A stretch of 44,811 bases of DNA from Thelocarpon superellum (taxonomy: Eukaryota), in NCBI GenBank assembly GCA_026025795.1, contig JAPEUG010000107.1, forward strand, positions 1-44,811. The letters are read 5' to 3'. Position 1 is the stretch's first letter, and each line of letters starts with the position of its first letter. Of this stretch, positions 21,786-35,167 are shown in pieces. The notes beneath the pieces are model-generated. The model saw only the letters and a program-made list of their open reading frames with translations. It was not told the origin of the DNA and did not search any database. Position numbers and translations under genes: made by a program.

Positions 21786-23552
21786 ATGGCGACCGAACAC
21801 TTCACAGCAGAACCTTTCGAGATCTACAGCGATCCTTCTGCGTCGACGGTGCCCGAAGTTGATATGGCTATCACGGTCCACGAAGCCCATGTGGAACACA
21901 AAGTGGCGGTGACGGAGATTGGTGTGATGGAGAGCGTCGAACGGGAGGAGGTGGTGTCTCGACGGCCAATCCGATCTCACAACAGCTCACCACGGAACTC
22001 AAGTGGACCGTCAGGTGACGAGGCCATCTTCGACGATGATGCCCCCCGATCCTCCCCTTCGACCTCTCATTACTCTGACGACGATCGCGACGAAGGCAAC
22101 GACGAGGATGAGCTGATCTCCGAGCTGCTTGATGGGCCCCCAGATCTGGTGGACCTTTCGGCAGCACCCTGCACACCCGTCAAGCACCCGTCTCCTTTCC
22201 GGAATCCGTCATCCGTCCGCGCGATGCAAATGGACACCACACCTCCCTTCCATACCTCGCCTTATGCCTCGTCGCCTCGGTCGCCACGATACAAACTGCC
22301 GACACCTTCGCGCAGTGGCACGCCGCGGTCACAGGGCAGGAAGCCCCGCTCAGTCAAGAAGGAATATCCGCTCGTGTTGCTGCACGTCACGCTTCTGCCG
22401 GTCATCATGCCCTGCTCGATGAACGCCATGACGGCGATCCTCCCGCCGCATATCATCGAAAGCTACAATCTTTTGAGGGATAAGATCAATGACACGGTCT
22501 TGGAGAGGGGAATTTTATTACCGCACCCGAAGGACGATTATGAGTTGGTGGAGGAGCGGTTGCTGGAGAGCCTCGAACTGAGGACGCCAAGGATTACTCG
22601 CTGCGGGCATTTCTACCCACCGGAGGACGAAGCGGAGGAAGACGAAGAAGAGGCGGAAATCGATGTGGCGAGCAGCGAAGACGGCGACGTGGATATATGC
22701 GACGATTGCGGACGACGAGTTCGAGATGGCAGACTAGGCAGCGGCAAAGGAAGCAAGCGATGGAGTATCAAAATCTACGCGGCCAACGGACTGATGCGGG
22801 CTGGAGCCTGGGGAGCAGCATGGCGTGAAATGGAGCGAGTCGATGTGGAAGTCGAGCCATGGATTCCCGAAGACCTCAAGCGGGAGCTGCAAGTGCGACG
22901 AGAAGAGGAAGAGGCAGAAGCAAAAAGAGGACTGCATCACGAAGACGCACACGTCGAGCCAGAGACTTCACTTGACGGTCCGGAGACCCATTTCCCTCTC
23001 CCAGTCAACGCGCAGCAGGCACCTCCGCTGCAACAAACACGGCGACAGAGCGAAGAACAGGAGCGGCAACGACTGCGAGAGATATATGGCGGCGAGAACA
23101 TCGAGCATCTGATGCCAGGGCAATTCACGGAGACGCCACCACGAACACGGATGCCGTCGGCCACCCACGTTCGCGACCCACACGACATCCCCCTCTCGAC
23201 CCTTGTCACGAATTACCTGTTCCTCTTGGCCAGCGATCGCCGAAACGTCGCCATTGCTCTGCTCAGCCTGCTTGTTCTCGTCTTGTCAGCCGGGCTCTCT
23301 GCCTCTTCCCCCAGCGCGACAGATACATCCTACTTGACACCCCACGCCATTTCGTCCTCCCCCGTCACGACCTCGATGGCAGCCACTGGTCTCCCTATCG
23401 CATCAAGTATCCATGTCTCGCCGCCCGCACCCGCTGCCAGTGCCTTCAATCCCGCGCGATGCTCAGGGAATAGTGACACGGACGCCGCCGATTGCGGGAC
23501 GTTGCACCCCCAAGACGAGTCAGGATTGAAGCCCCCAGATCGGCAGTCATGA
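21786..23552 (+). CDS. Hypothetical protein with acidic region, Cys/His motif and one C-terminal hydrophobic helix; intronless
   Basis: 655-codon ORF, first ATG at 21786. Core KEYPLVLLHVTLLP..RGILLPHP..ERLLESLEL..CGHF..CDDCG..W.IKIYAANGLMRAGAWGAAWREMERVDVE. TM-like NVAIALLSLLVLVLSA. From recall this family is often labelled pathway-specific nitrogen regulator, which the sequence does not support. Confidence 0.9.
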   Translation: MATEHFTAEPFEIYSDPSASTVPEVDMAITVHEAHVEHKVAVTEIGVMESVEREEVVSRRPIRSHNSSPRNSSGPSGDEAIFDDDAPRSSPSTSHYSDDDRDEGNDEDELISELLDGPPDLVDLSAAPCTPVKHPSPFRNPSSVRAMQMDTTPPFHTSPYASSPRSPRYKLPTPSRSGTPRSQGRKPRSVKKEYPLVLLHVTLLPVIMPCSMNAMTAILPPHIIESYNLLRDKINDTVLERGILLPHPKDDYELVEERLLESLELRTPRITRCGHFYPPEDEAEEDEEEAEIDVASSEDGDVDICDDCGRRVRDGRLGSGKGSKRWSIKIYAANGLMRAGAWGAAWREMERVDVEVEPWIPEDLKRELQVRREEEEAEAKRGLHHEDAHVEPETSLDGPETHFPLPVNAQQAPPLQQTRRQSEEQERQRLREIYGGENIEHLMPGQFTETPPRTRMPSATHVRDPHDIPLSTLVTNYLFLLASDRRNVAIALLSLLVLVLSAGLSASSPSATDTSYLTPHAISSSPVTTSMAATGLPIASSIHVSPPAPAASAFNPARCSGNSDTDAADCGTLHPQDESGLKPPDRQS

Positions 23553-24525
23553 GCGCGTTCAATGCATTTCAGTCCAATGCGGGCCAGATTCGAGGCCACG
23601 TCGATTCTCTTCTTCCGAACTCGCAGCGTCATCCAACCCACTCCTTATCACAAACGGTATCGGAGTCTGTTGGCGGCGTTGGTTCACTTTCTCCTGTCAA
23701 TTCCATTATGGCTTTCGTTGTGGATGAGTAGCCGGGTAAGTATCCAGAGAGCGAGCAAGGGAGGAAAAGACGGAGGGAAGGAGGGAAGTATGTATGCTTG
23801 TACATAGATAGCACATCAACAATCTACCGCAGCTCCGTCCAACAACAGCAGCAGGTACGACGAAGGGTGGTGGTGTCCCTCCCTCTCTTCCATCTGTGGT
23901 ATGTGACACGCAGTCCGTAGTAACCACCCCCCATCTCTAGTATGCACATCTGCATTCCTCGCATCACCTCCCGTTTCTGATCCCCCCTCATCTTGCCTCA
24001 TTCTCTCACCTCCCGTCCCGCGTCACTACTCGTCGTCCGCCTTACCGCCGGAGTACTAAGGAATGTACCCATTCACGCGAAGTTGAGCAGAAATGAAGAG
24101 CAAATCGTTGAACCTCTATTGCGTCGTCCCAGGTATACCGACTACCACACCGACACGGGCAAATTGACAGCGGCTGAAGGCAGGCTGACGAAACCATACA
24201 CATAAATCCACCCTCAAACGTAACCTCCCCATCTTCTTCGCCGAGCTAGAAAAAGCTTGGCTGCAAGGAGGAAATAACGGACGAACGCGGCATAATACTT
24301 GCAGATTTAGAGGATCCAGGAAACAGCGAATGGTGGCAGAGAAAGGCAGTCCAATGATTCGAAACAGACAAGGAGACTCGTGAGGGGGAGAAACAGGCAG
24401 AAGCAAAGATCAAAATCAACAGCTTGGTCTATGGGTGTCGAAGCTCAACATATGAAAGTCGTCGCCGTACAAATACACATTCCGTGGTGTACATACCTTG
24501 CTCGTTAGACCCAAACAGACCAGCT

Positions 24526-26657
24526 TCATCCGAGAATGACGCTGCGGTCCGTCTCCTGACACACCGTACGCCATTCCACGTCAACGTCTCCCTCGTCCAT
24601 GCGGCGCCACACCGCCTCCATCGTCTCGCACGCCTGGACGATGTTCTGCATCCCCTGTCGGTTCTCCACGTGACGGAAGACGGTAAGCGCACCGTTTCGG
24701 TCCGCGTCCTCGACCGCCTCGCATCCGGCCGTGAACAGGGGCCAGAGGAGTGCCGACATGGGTCCGGCAAAGATGATCACCCGCAGACATGCCTGTAGAG
24801 ACAACTTCGCGTGATGCTGGACCTTGGGGGTCTTGCGAGGATACCCGTGAACGCTGCGGAACAAGAAGACGAACGCACTCTGCTTGTAGGCCTCGGCGTT
24901 GCTAAGAATCGACTGGAGCCGGGAATCATCGGCCGACGTGTCCGTCGCCACCAAGGACCCCGGAAGCTTTGGCACCCATTGGTGAAGGGCGAGCTCCATC
25001 GTCGCCGATTGTGTTTCGAGCTCCTGCCTCATCGATTCGACCCGACCTGGACTCTCGCGTTCGCGTCGATCGATCTCCTGCCGGAGACTCTGAAGGTGAC
25101 CGAGCCGGTGAATGATGGGCCACAGATCGCTGACTAAGCCGAACTGGGTGTCCACCGCCGCCATGGCCGTCATCTCCTGGGGCGATAATGGACCCGATCC
25201 GGGGGGAGGGTTGACGCTGCCGGACATGGGAGAGGTACCGAAGGAGAGAGCGCAAATCACATCAAAGTATCGGAAAGTCTAACGCTGTTAGCATATCCTG
25301 ACGCACGCCATCACCACAGCACTCACCTTTTCCAAGAACGCGCAGGTCGGGCCATGGCTCGGATGTCGCTCGCGGATGATAGAGAGGGCGCCTCGCAGAT
25401 GACTCGTCAATACCACCGATGAACCGCTCCGAACCACCTGCGGCCATGGCGAGTCAGCATACGATCCGTATCACCCACCACACCGCGACAGTCATACCTC
25501 GTAGTAGAGCAAGAGCATGATCACGGCAAGCGCTTCATCCCGAGTCGTCTCGTGGTTCGCAATGAGATGCGCCAATCCCTGCAAGGTCCGCGAGTGGAAG
25601 TCAAGCGAGCGCTCCTCATTCTCGATGCCGCGATGTTCCATGTGAGCGGCGGAGATGGCGAAGATCGCGTTCATGACAGGCGGGCTTCGGGTTGCCATCG
25701 GGAGAATGAAGTCGCGGAAGGGGTTTCCGGGGTCTTCCTTGAAGACGATTAAATGACTCAACACGCTCACGAAGTGGTTGATCAGCACCCGTCGATTTTT
25801 GCGCTGGCTAAATTCCATATATGCAGGACTGTGGTAGCCGGCAGGAGTAGTTGACATGGTCGGGGTCATGACGCTCATGTCGGGGTACATCTGAGTCGGA
25901 GCGGTAGGTTGCGGGGCGAAGTCGGCTGCCGAGGGCGAGCGGCTGAATCGAGCGCGTTGGTAGTCGGCGGCGAGCGCAAGGCCCGCTGAGGGATGAGTAT
26001 GTCGGAAGTCGGTCGAGGTAATGGTAGAATGGAGGATGGGCGTCGAGACTTGGAGCGGTGTCGAGACTCCCATCGGTTCGTCCAACTCGTGCAGAGGTGG
26101 AAGACCATCGCCATCGAGACTGAAGTCCGCCACGCTCGAGGCGGGCGAATCATAGACCGACGTTCCTTCGTCATCCCACACATCCTCCAGCGTCGACGTC
26201 GAGCTCGAGGTGTGGCGGAAATCCGTGAGTACATTTCGTACGCCACCTGCCAACGGCGCGTGGACGCTGGACTGGAAGCCTGTCTGCGGGCCTGGGTCGC
26301 TGGTTACGGAGTGGGCGCGTTGTTGCTCTTGCTCGATGGCCGTCGTCGTCCGCCTCCGCTTCCGCGGCTTGACGGGTTCGTATTGACACTTCAGGCCGCG
26401 TTCCATGCACCGATCACATTGTGGGCGTTCTTCGTTGCACTTCTTCTTCTTCTCCTTGCTGTTTGATGGTCAGCGGTCCGTATGTTGGGGCGCGAGGGAT
26501 CGACGGTAAGGTACCAATGAATGCAACCTAGTGGCAACACAGAGCACCGGTCAGCGACCTGTTCCATCCCGCCAGGACCGCTCGAGGGCCACTTACCAGC
26601 TCTCGATCGCCGCTTGGGGGTCTTCGCAGGCACCGGTCGGTAATGCAAGAGCATCAT
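24526..26657 (-). CDS. Zn(II)2Cys6 transcription factor with Fungal_trans_2-like C-terminal domain; exons 26657-26597, 26527-26515, 26458-25498, 25437-25327, 25278-24526
   Basis: Spliced cluster [77 protein letters not shown]. Confidence 0.93.
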
Positions 26658-29600
26658 GAATGCGGTCAAACGGAGGCCCGTCGGACGCCAACCACGCGTG
26701 TAGAGCGAGGAGAAGGATACTTGTATGGGCCGCACCCAGTGAGAGAGAAAGGTGAGGTATGAGAACGAAAGAGGAATCAGACGAGGTCGACGAAATCTAA
26801 CAGCAATCAGGAAGGATCGTCGGAGGGAGATGCACCACGGTGGGATACGATTTCTGATACCAGCTAGACCAATAGTGGGCAGGCTGGGGGAGAAGACGAT
26901 ATGGAAGGGGGGCGAGACGGGGGGGAGATGGGAGAGCGGCGGCGGAGGTGTTGATCATCAATCAGCCCGGCGCCGAGATATAGTTTGGACGGGGTGACAC
27001 GAGGGACACGCCAAATGCGGGCAGGGCTGGGTGTGCCTGGCCGATGGGCGTGAGGAGCGCGGTACCTGCGTGGCGTGGGGACTCATGGGTCAGGCATGCC
27101 GAGCGCCCAACACCCTCTCCCTCACCCTCGTTCCTCATCCTCCCTCCCCTGTCCCTGTCGCGGGCGGCTTCTCTTTTGCCTCTGAGCTTCTTTGGCTTGG
27201 TCCTTGGGGTGTGTCAGATCGGAAGCCTGACACCCCTGTCGAGCTAGAGGGGAGAGGAGGGAAGGGGGTGGGGTGGGAAACAGGCTCGGCCAGGGCAGAG
27301 TAGTCAAGCATGCCGAAGGTAGTGGAGAGTCAGATTGCGTGGTGCCATAGGCCATTGACAGTGCTCTAATGGACCATCCTTAGTGCTCTCATCCACAAAC
27401 CTTACTGACCGGCCGGTTCCAAGCACTAGATCGCAGTAGATTGTTCCATGCAACGTGATCCATCCTGGTGCACGCAGTAGTCCAGGGCGCGGTCGCACTG
27501 GGCGTGTGGTCGTGGCGCTCGTGGCCCGCCGTCGGCCACCTCCATCTCGGGGCGCCCCCTTGCCGCCCCCCCTTGGAGCCAGCTGCAAGTGCCCAAGTCT
27601 CGTCTGCCGGCCTCGTGTTTCCATGCGGGGTCGGCTACGGGCTCCCTGAACGAAGGGGCGGCGGACAACAGAGCCTGGAAAATGAGATTATTGGGCGGCC
27701 GCTTGTCATGCCGGACGGCGAGGCTAAGTCGGCGAAGGCCAGCGGAACCATTCCGCCCGCGTTCTAGCGCGTCTCTCCAACCGGCCCTGGTCACGTCACC
27801 TCCAGGGCCAGGGAGGGAAGTGGAAGGGCTCCGGGGGGCCATGCGGAGGCTAGGACGTCCGTCGACCGCCGCCATCACGACGATCATCCCCCCACCGGGC
27901 TCTAGCTTTTCATTCGCAGGGTCGGTGCTTCGCACAAAACGTGCACCGTGTGCGAATAATGCGTCGAGCCTCCCCAACGGCTCCCCTGGATCGTAGGCCG
28001 ACCGGGCGCAGGTACGTCGTCCGCCACGGACGTGGCAAACCAGGTCGGGATTTTACGCGGCACGACCGTTTCACCAGCGCTGCGGCCGATCGACCGCGGC
28101 TCCCTTGGCTCGATTGGGAGGTCGACGTAATCCATCGGTCGATTTCGCACGCTCCGGGCGTGGATGCATTGAGAGCATGCCGGACAAGGTAATGACCCTT
28201 CACAATCCGGGGCACCGGCCATAGATCGACCACTCCTCCCGCCCGCACAACGTGGCCCACGATCGACGTCGGCGATCGGAATCGGTGGCGGAGCGCGTCC
28301 GGGTCCTCCGGGCCTCCATGCCTTCGAGGCCCATGACGACGCCGATCTCTACGTCCGACGACGAGAATCGGATTCGACTACCCTTCGACAATCCCGTCAT
28401 GCCTAGCGAGGGAAGAGCATGGTCCACGCTGGGTGCGAGCATGTCCTGCCTCTCCTCGCCCACGATGCTCACGGTCCGCTTCGACTGTGGGCATGAACCT
28501 GCCTGCTCCGGCCGAGGCAACTGTAGCCGGGCGACGAAGCGGCACCTGACCGTCCGACCCTCAGGTAATCATATACAGTTTAGCCATCGCTCTAAGCAAA
28601 GGAGCGACAGATGGGTCAGTCATCATGCAAAGGTACGGGCCTTCCCACCGCGGACGGCATCGTAATGCTGAGGAGGCCGTCGAGGGCCAGCTTGCCCGAT
28701 CGGGGGTCGATGATTTCTCATGGACGGTTTAGTCACTCGACGCCCCCGCGTGCTGGGTCATTGCCACTGTGAGTCGCTTGAGGATGGTGAAACAGGCCTT
28801 GGACTCGGTCATGCCTAAGCCTAGCGAGAACGAGGATAGCGGCGAATCACTCTCGCCTTCGTTGCTGGGCAAATGGACGACCGGGCCGCATTAACGGCTA
28901 GTAGTAAACTCTGTCTTCTTAGGCCCATGCTCGCCCTGTCCTTCGGCGCGACCGGCAACCTGTGAGGCTTCTACTCCTTGCTGCCGTCAGGCTCGGTCTC
29001 ACGAGTAACGCACGCGTACCTCTACGACGATATCTACGGGCACGGCAGCGGAATACTCGTACGATAGCACGAGCACTACATTAGGTATTCTGCAGAGGCG
29101 AGGTGTATCGTGGTCTGATCGCCGGTCGCTGAGGATGTTGGTGCTGACACAAGCCTCGTCAGCATGGTGCGTGTCCCAGGCTGGACGCCTCTGTCACTCC
29201 ACCCGGCCTTTGTGCTATGCGGTGTCAAGGTATTTTTGGGATGATGCATGTGCATTGATTGGGATGCCTATCTCTTGTTGCTATGTGCAAATGACTTGAG
29301 AATCCTGCCTGCTGGCCCTGTGCAATCTCATTTGCACTGGATGATGCCTGTCAATCCCACGCGGCATAGTCGCTGTGGACTAAAATATTCTTGCTGCATC
29401 AACCAGCATGCACAGGCGACCATGCATGGATAATCTAGCTCGAGATAGCTCAAGAGATGCTTAATTGAAACGGCGAGGTTATGCAGGCGCCGCCGGCCAA
29501 CACGGCTTGCCACGAGGTCGTCTTATCTCGATGCATGCTTGTCTGGGTGACTGCAGCTTGCCAGCTTGCCGGGCCCCATGCGCGCATGCCGCCTGCCTTC

Positions 29601-32600
29601 CGTAAGCGAGTCCGTCCGACCTTTCTGAGCGAACGCCCGAAGAACATTCCAATACTTGCTACCATCAGAGACGTACGCGTACTCGAAGTAACCGTTCAAT
29701 GACAGGGACGTGAGAAAAGCCTACCAGCACTGATGGTTGTCGCTCGTGCCTACAAATACGGATAGCAGCACGAGAAGAGCGCCAGCGCCGGCGTGAGCAG
29801 GTCGTAGTCTCTGACTGGTGCACAGAGATCGACAAGCCCAGGATCGTGGTCGTCCAGACGATGGTAGGGTCAGTGGACGAGCAATCTCTGGTCTCGACGC
29901 CATCGGCATCTTGTGGGCCTGAGGAGCAGCGCGAGGACGGCTGCGAATGCACCTTCCCTGCTCGGCGAGAAGCAGTCGTCTCGCTGTCCGGGCCTCATGA
30001 CGCATTCCCATGTCGGGACGCGTTTTCGCGGACGCTGCAAGGGATAATCTGCCACCGGATGCCCCAACGTGGTTGGCTCTTGCGTCCCGCCTCTGCACGT
30101 AGGGATGGCATTTGGTCTTTCGTTCCAGTCGGGTAGCCGGCAACCGCCGCGATGCTTCGTCGTTCCCGTCAACTTGACCTTCGCCTGCGCCCGTCTACTC
30201 GGTATGACGCTTTCCCTCCTGGGATTATGTCACACGATGATGCACCATGTTGCAACAAGCTCGAGCCTTTGGTAGGCACGGGGACTGCGAGATGCATGCT
30301 GCGTGATGCGTCTTTTTCATCTCTCGGCGCCCCAAGAGCGGTTTCTTTTCTTTTGCTGTGCACAGACGTCGGCCCCCAACTTCCACAAGGGCGTGACAGC
30401 CATTCGCAGGTCTAGCGGCTCCACCGGGGCAACTGGTCTGCTCGCTACGTCCGAGGCGACGGGTAGGCGTAACGTGACGTGCTGACCTCGAGCCCTTTCC
30501 TGCCGGGGCTTGTTGTGGAACACCGTCTCGTTTTCGCCACCAGGACTCTTTCCTTCCCCTCACACACGTTGAAACACTTTCCATTCAGAGCGTCTCCTGT
30601 CCCGTGCTGCCGTGCCGTTCTCCTCAAACATAACGGGCAGACGGTGCCCGCCGGGATCCACCTGTTTCCTGACGTCTTTCGGCTCTGGATGCGCAAAACG
30701 TCCAAGTCGCCGCTGATCAGCGCCGTTGACTTGTTTCTCTCTCCAGAGGCCTTCCGAGCTCTCCATGATCTTCGATGAGTGACCCACATGACGGTCCGGA
30801 AATTCTTGATACGTTCCTCAATCGCCTCCAGAGCGGTGTGGGGTGAATGACGCACTCAAACTCCGTGGCTGGTCACGCGGCGGTGGCAAATCTTCCAGGG
30901 GCTCAGGGTCCACGCACACTCCACTCCAAGGCTGGGTCCCTCAATCACATGCGAGAGCCTGTTATTGTTGATAACCAGCTCCGGCTACTTGACCGTGTGA
31001 CTAGACCCAGACCTCGTCTCCGCTAGCTGTCTGACGATGGCCCGAGCACTTAGTGGAGACGATAACACTTTCCCATCGCTCGATCAATTTCCCTCATGAC
31101 GCCAAGAGCTTACTGTCAGGCATCTTGTCGAATAGTTTCAACGTTGACACAATATCAGCCCTAATAAACCCGAGCACCTATCACCGAGTGTTCATCTCAG
31201 CTCGCGAGACGTCGCGTCACATGCTAGCCTCTATTACCATCAGATATCTCACGTACGATGGAAAATGCTACATTGTCGCGTAACACCATGCGCCGTTAGG
31301 GAAAGCCGAGACCTCCTGCCGGCGTCAGATCGCTCGACATGTGAGTTTATCGGAGCAGACTGCCCCGCAACGGCCCATTAAGTCTTGACAAAGCAAGAGC
31401 AATCAATTGGTCTGCGTTACGTGTCGATACCGGAGTCACGCTTCGACTAGTCTGTCGAACCCATAACATTGGGAAGGGTATAGTCGATGCCCTTCGTCCA
31501 TGCGAAGCCACCAGGCTTGTCCTATAAGTCGCCGTGAGGCTTGGGACCCCAACTTGGAATATACTATACGTATCCAAGCAAAGAGCTCATAGTGTGGCTC
31601 GATGATCTGTTCGAGACATTCATCCCAGTCGTTCCTCCAACCAAATCCCCAGGACGTGCCAAACTATTCCCGATACGATGGATACCAGCCTGATGTCTCC
31701 CAGTCGAAAAATGTCACCTTGCGATCGTGGTCAGCCATATCGAACTCTTCTGTGCCTTTGACAGAGGATGATTCCCCAAGACAAACCGTCATACCCAGCA
31801 ATTGAATACAGCGGAGCTGCCCCAGTAACCCTAACCCTAGACGTTCAAACCGGGGGCAACAACGCGACCATTCTGAGCGCTTGTCATCGTCGGTCACTCC
31901 TCTGCTAGAGGACCTGCGAACATCGTGCCATCTCTGTCGAATTGCGCGAAGAGGAATATGACTGGTCATCTCTTCGATATTCAGGATGACATGAGCGGCG
32001 AAGAGAAGACCACCACGACCCGAAAGGCTCAGGAACGTTCGAAAAGAAAACCGATCTAAGAAGAATCGCTCGGGAACCCGTCGACGAGATGTGTCCTACA
32101 ATCGATTCATTCATTAAACAGTTCGAAGGAGCGAGGAGGCTGCATTCTAGAGAGCCTCTTCACTGTCGCCAGGAATGGACAAGAGAAGCCATCAGGGCCC
32201 TCGCAGATGTCCAAGCCCTCCTGGAAGGTCTGCATCAGTCGATAGAAGTACAGGAGGCTAAATTGCAAGCTGGGGACGTCGTAGACCAGAAGAAGTAGCA
32301 ATGTCTTGTATCTGATCACGTCATTAGTATTCCCATTCCTAGACACTGGCAGCAAATTCGAGGATGATGTTGCTTTCGTGGATCTCCGAATAAACTAATA
32401 AAACCACGTCGTCACGGATCTTGCAACCGCTAGAGAGGTGTGATAGTGTCATAACTAGGCCTTTACGACGCTTCCGTAGACGAGGTCATGCCAACGCATG
32501 CCAACCTTGGTCCAGGATAGTCGTAAGATTCCGCTCTACCTGATCATGGTTCATCCCATTGATGACATCCCAAGGACAGCGCGTTCATACGTCATGCAGC

Positions 32601-33960
32601 CCAACATCGTCATGCATCGTCTGCTGGAGAGTAAGACATTCCGTCACACTTGGCACTTCAGCAGAAGCCTAATTCGATTTAAGCATGGGGCAACGTTCAA
32701 TGCGGACCAACGTCATGCTAGATGAACGATACAGAAATAGCCCAGTACACCACGCTCATGTATCTGGCATGCACTTCTTCGTCTTCCGAGCTGAAGGGAT
32801 TCCCTTTGCAGGACGCCATGGATCCCGATTCACCGATCGATCCACGGGCCGCATCTACAAGCGGAATGACCGACGCCTCGATGGATTCGGCTCCGTCTTC
32901 AAAGCAAGTCTCCTTCGCTGCACGAGTCGGAGACATGCGGTCGCATAGGGCCACGAAAGGATTGCGAGGATTAAAGCCACTCGCAATGCTCAGGAAGTTA
33001 CTGATCGGTGTGAGAATATCATCGGCGTCAAAAACATCCCAGTAACCTCTTTCATGTGGAAGGATGCGGCGTCTCTAGAAATCTTCGGCGACGGAAAGGT
33101 GTCAGTTGATGGAATGAGGTATCCTACGTACCTCGTCCCGAGTAAAAACCCGAGACACTGTGAGGTTCTACGTCGTGGTGCAATTTGACTCTTCCAAGCC
33201 ATCGACGGGAAAGACTACAGTAGTACTGCTGCATCCTGTACACTCCCTACTGAATCATCTGTGCTGATCAATGTGCACGGTGATAGAGGTTTCGCCCTCT
33301 TAGTAATGCTCGAGTCTCATGCATCGCTCCCATTACCAGAAGGTCCTCATCCGGCACGTGTGGACGAAATGAAGATTCGAGCCATCGGAGTAGTGTTGCA
33401 ACGCATCCACTGTTCTGAAGGACTCCAAGATTGAAGACAACACGAAAGAATCATGAGTAAGCGCGTGAAACCGCGAGGGCCAGGTGGTAGCGCTCTTCAG
33501 CCGAGATATGTAAATGAGAACAGGAATACTCACCTACCTTGGTCCGCGACACACAAGGCAGCTACCGTTGCGGATCATACAGGAGAAGCCGAAAGGAGCC
33601 GTCGCAACGGCCCTGAGCTGTCTGCTTCTACAGGTCGCATGAGTTTATCTCAACTGGCCATGTTTATGTCCGAGGTAATCCCGGCTCGCACTACCGACTT
33701 TCAGCAAATCAGCCGCTCGGACCGGGCACGGGGTCCGACCAGCTAGCCAGACAGGGACTAGCCGCCTGGTTCTCCCGACACTTGGCGGTCTCCTTTAGCC
33801 ACTCGAAGGGTGAAAGCTGAGAAATTTTGGTTGTTGAACATCACCACCGTGCCGTTACCTTGGGCAAGCTCTCCTTTGCCTCTTTCGGCACTTACCTGTC
33901 ACCTTCACATCCCCATCTCCACTCTTTGCCAGTCTTTCCTCCTTCACACACACAGTCGCC

Positions 33961-35167
33961 ATGGCTGCCGCCCCCCCGCCCTCTTCCACGGGCTCGACGA
34001 AGCTCGATGGACTCGTCCAGAAGGCCGCCGCGAAGACGCCGGAGAAGCTGAGCGGACTCCAGCTGTACTCCCGGTTCGCCTTTGCCGGTGCCGTGTGCTG
34101 CTCAGTGACCCATGGGGCCCTCACGCCCGTCGACGTGTGAGTGACAGCTCTTGATTGCGATGCCTTCGGCATCACCGGCCATCGCGGCACTGCGAGGGCG
34201 GCTTCGTTCGGGCTCGCATGAGCGGTATCTACACGAAGGCCAGCGCTGATGCGATTGCCCACAGGGTCAAGACGAGAATTCAGCTCGACCCGGTCAAGTA
34301 CAACAAAGGAATGATCGGCGGCTTTCGGCAAGTCATCGCTAGCGAGGGTGCCGGTGCCCTGCTCACCGGTTTCGGTCCCACCGCGGCGGGCTACTTCCTT
34401 CAAGGTGCCTTCAAATTTGGGGGCTACGAGCTGTTCAAGCAGCAGGCCATCAACCTGCTGGGATATGAGACTGCCTCCCAGAATCGGACTGCAGTCTATC
34501 TTGCGTCGTCGGCGGCTGCGGAGTTCTTCGCCGATATTGCCCTGTGTCCGTTAGAGGCCACGCGGATTCGTCTCGTCTCCGAGCCGACCTTTGCAAGTGG
34601 ACTCCTGGGGGGATTCAGCAAGATCGCGAAGAATGAAGGGATTGGAGCCTTTTACTCTGGATTCGGACCCATCCTCTTCAAGCAGTAAGAGAGGACTCGC
34701 TAGTCGCGTGAAAATGGAAGGCTAACGCCCGGCACAGAGTGCCATATACGATGGCCAAATTCGTGGTCTACGAGAAGGTGGCTGAGGCTGTCTACACGAG
34801 AATCGACAGATCCACGCTATCTGGCGGCGGAGAGACTGTCGTAAATCTCGGATCAGGTCTGATGGCGGGGTTTGCCGCCGCGCTGATTTCTCAACCCGCC
34901 GACACGATGCTCAGCAAGATCAACAAGACCAAGGGCGCTCCCGGCGAGAGCACGTCCAGCCGCTTGATCAAGATCGCGAAAGAGCTCGGTCTCCGCGGTA
35001 GCTTCAAGGGAATCGGAGCCCGTCTGGTGCTCGTTGGTCTGATCACGGCCGGACAATTTTCCATCTACGGTAAGATTCGCGTCTGGAAGCGATCAACTCT
35101 CTGACGTGATGTAGGCGACATCAAGAAGGCCTTAAACGCGACCGGCGGAGTTGAGTTTGCGAAGTAG
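33961..35167 (+). CDS. MIR1: Mitochondrial phosphate carrier; exons 33961-34136, 34265-34684, 34738-35069, 35115-35167
   Basis: [82 protein letters not shown]; three carrier PxD/ExxK/R signatures. Confidence 0.95.

Noticed and set aside
27400..30900. Many overlapping 60-180 aa ORFs on both strands
   Set aside because: Arg/Pro/Ser-rich random-like translations with no coherent splice model; consistent with GC-rich non-coding DNA.
31826..31839. TAACCCTAACCCTA telomere-like sequence
   Set aside because: Only about two units; too short to call an interstitial telomere or telomerase RNA template without further evidence.
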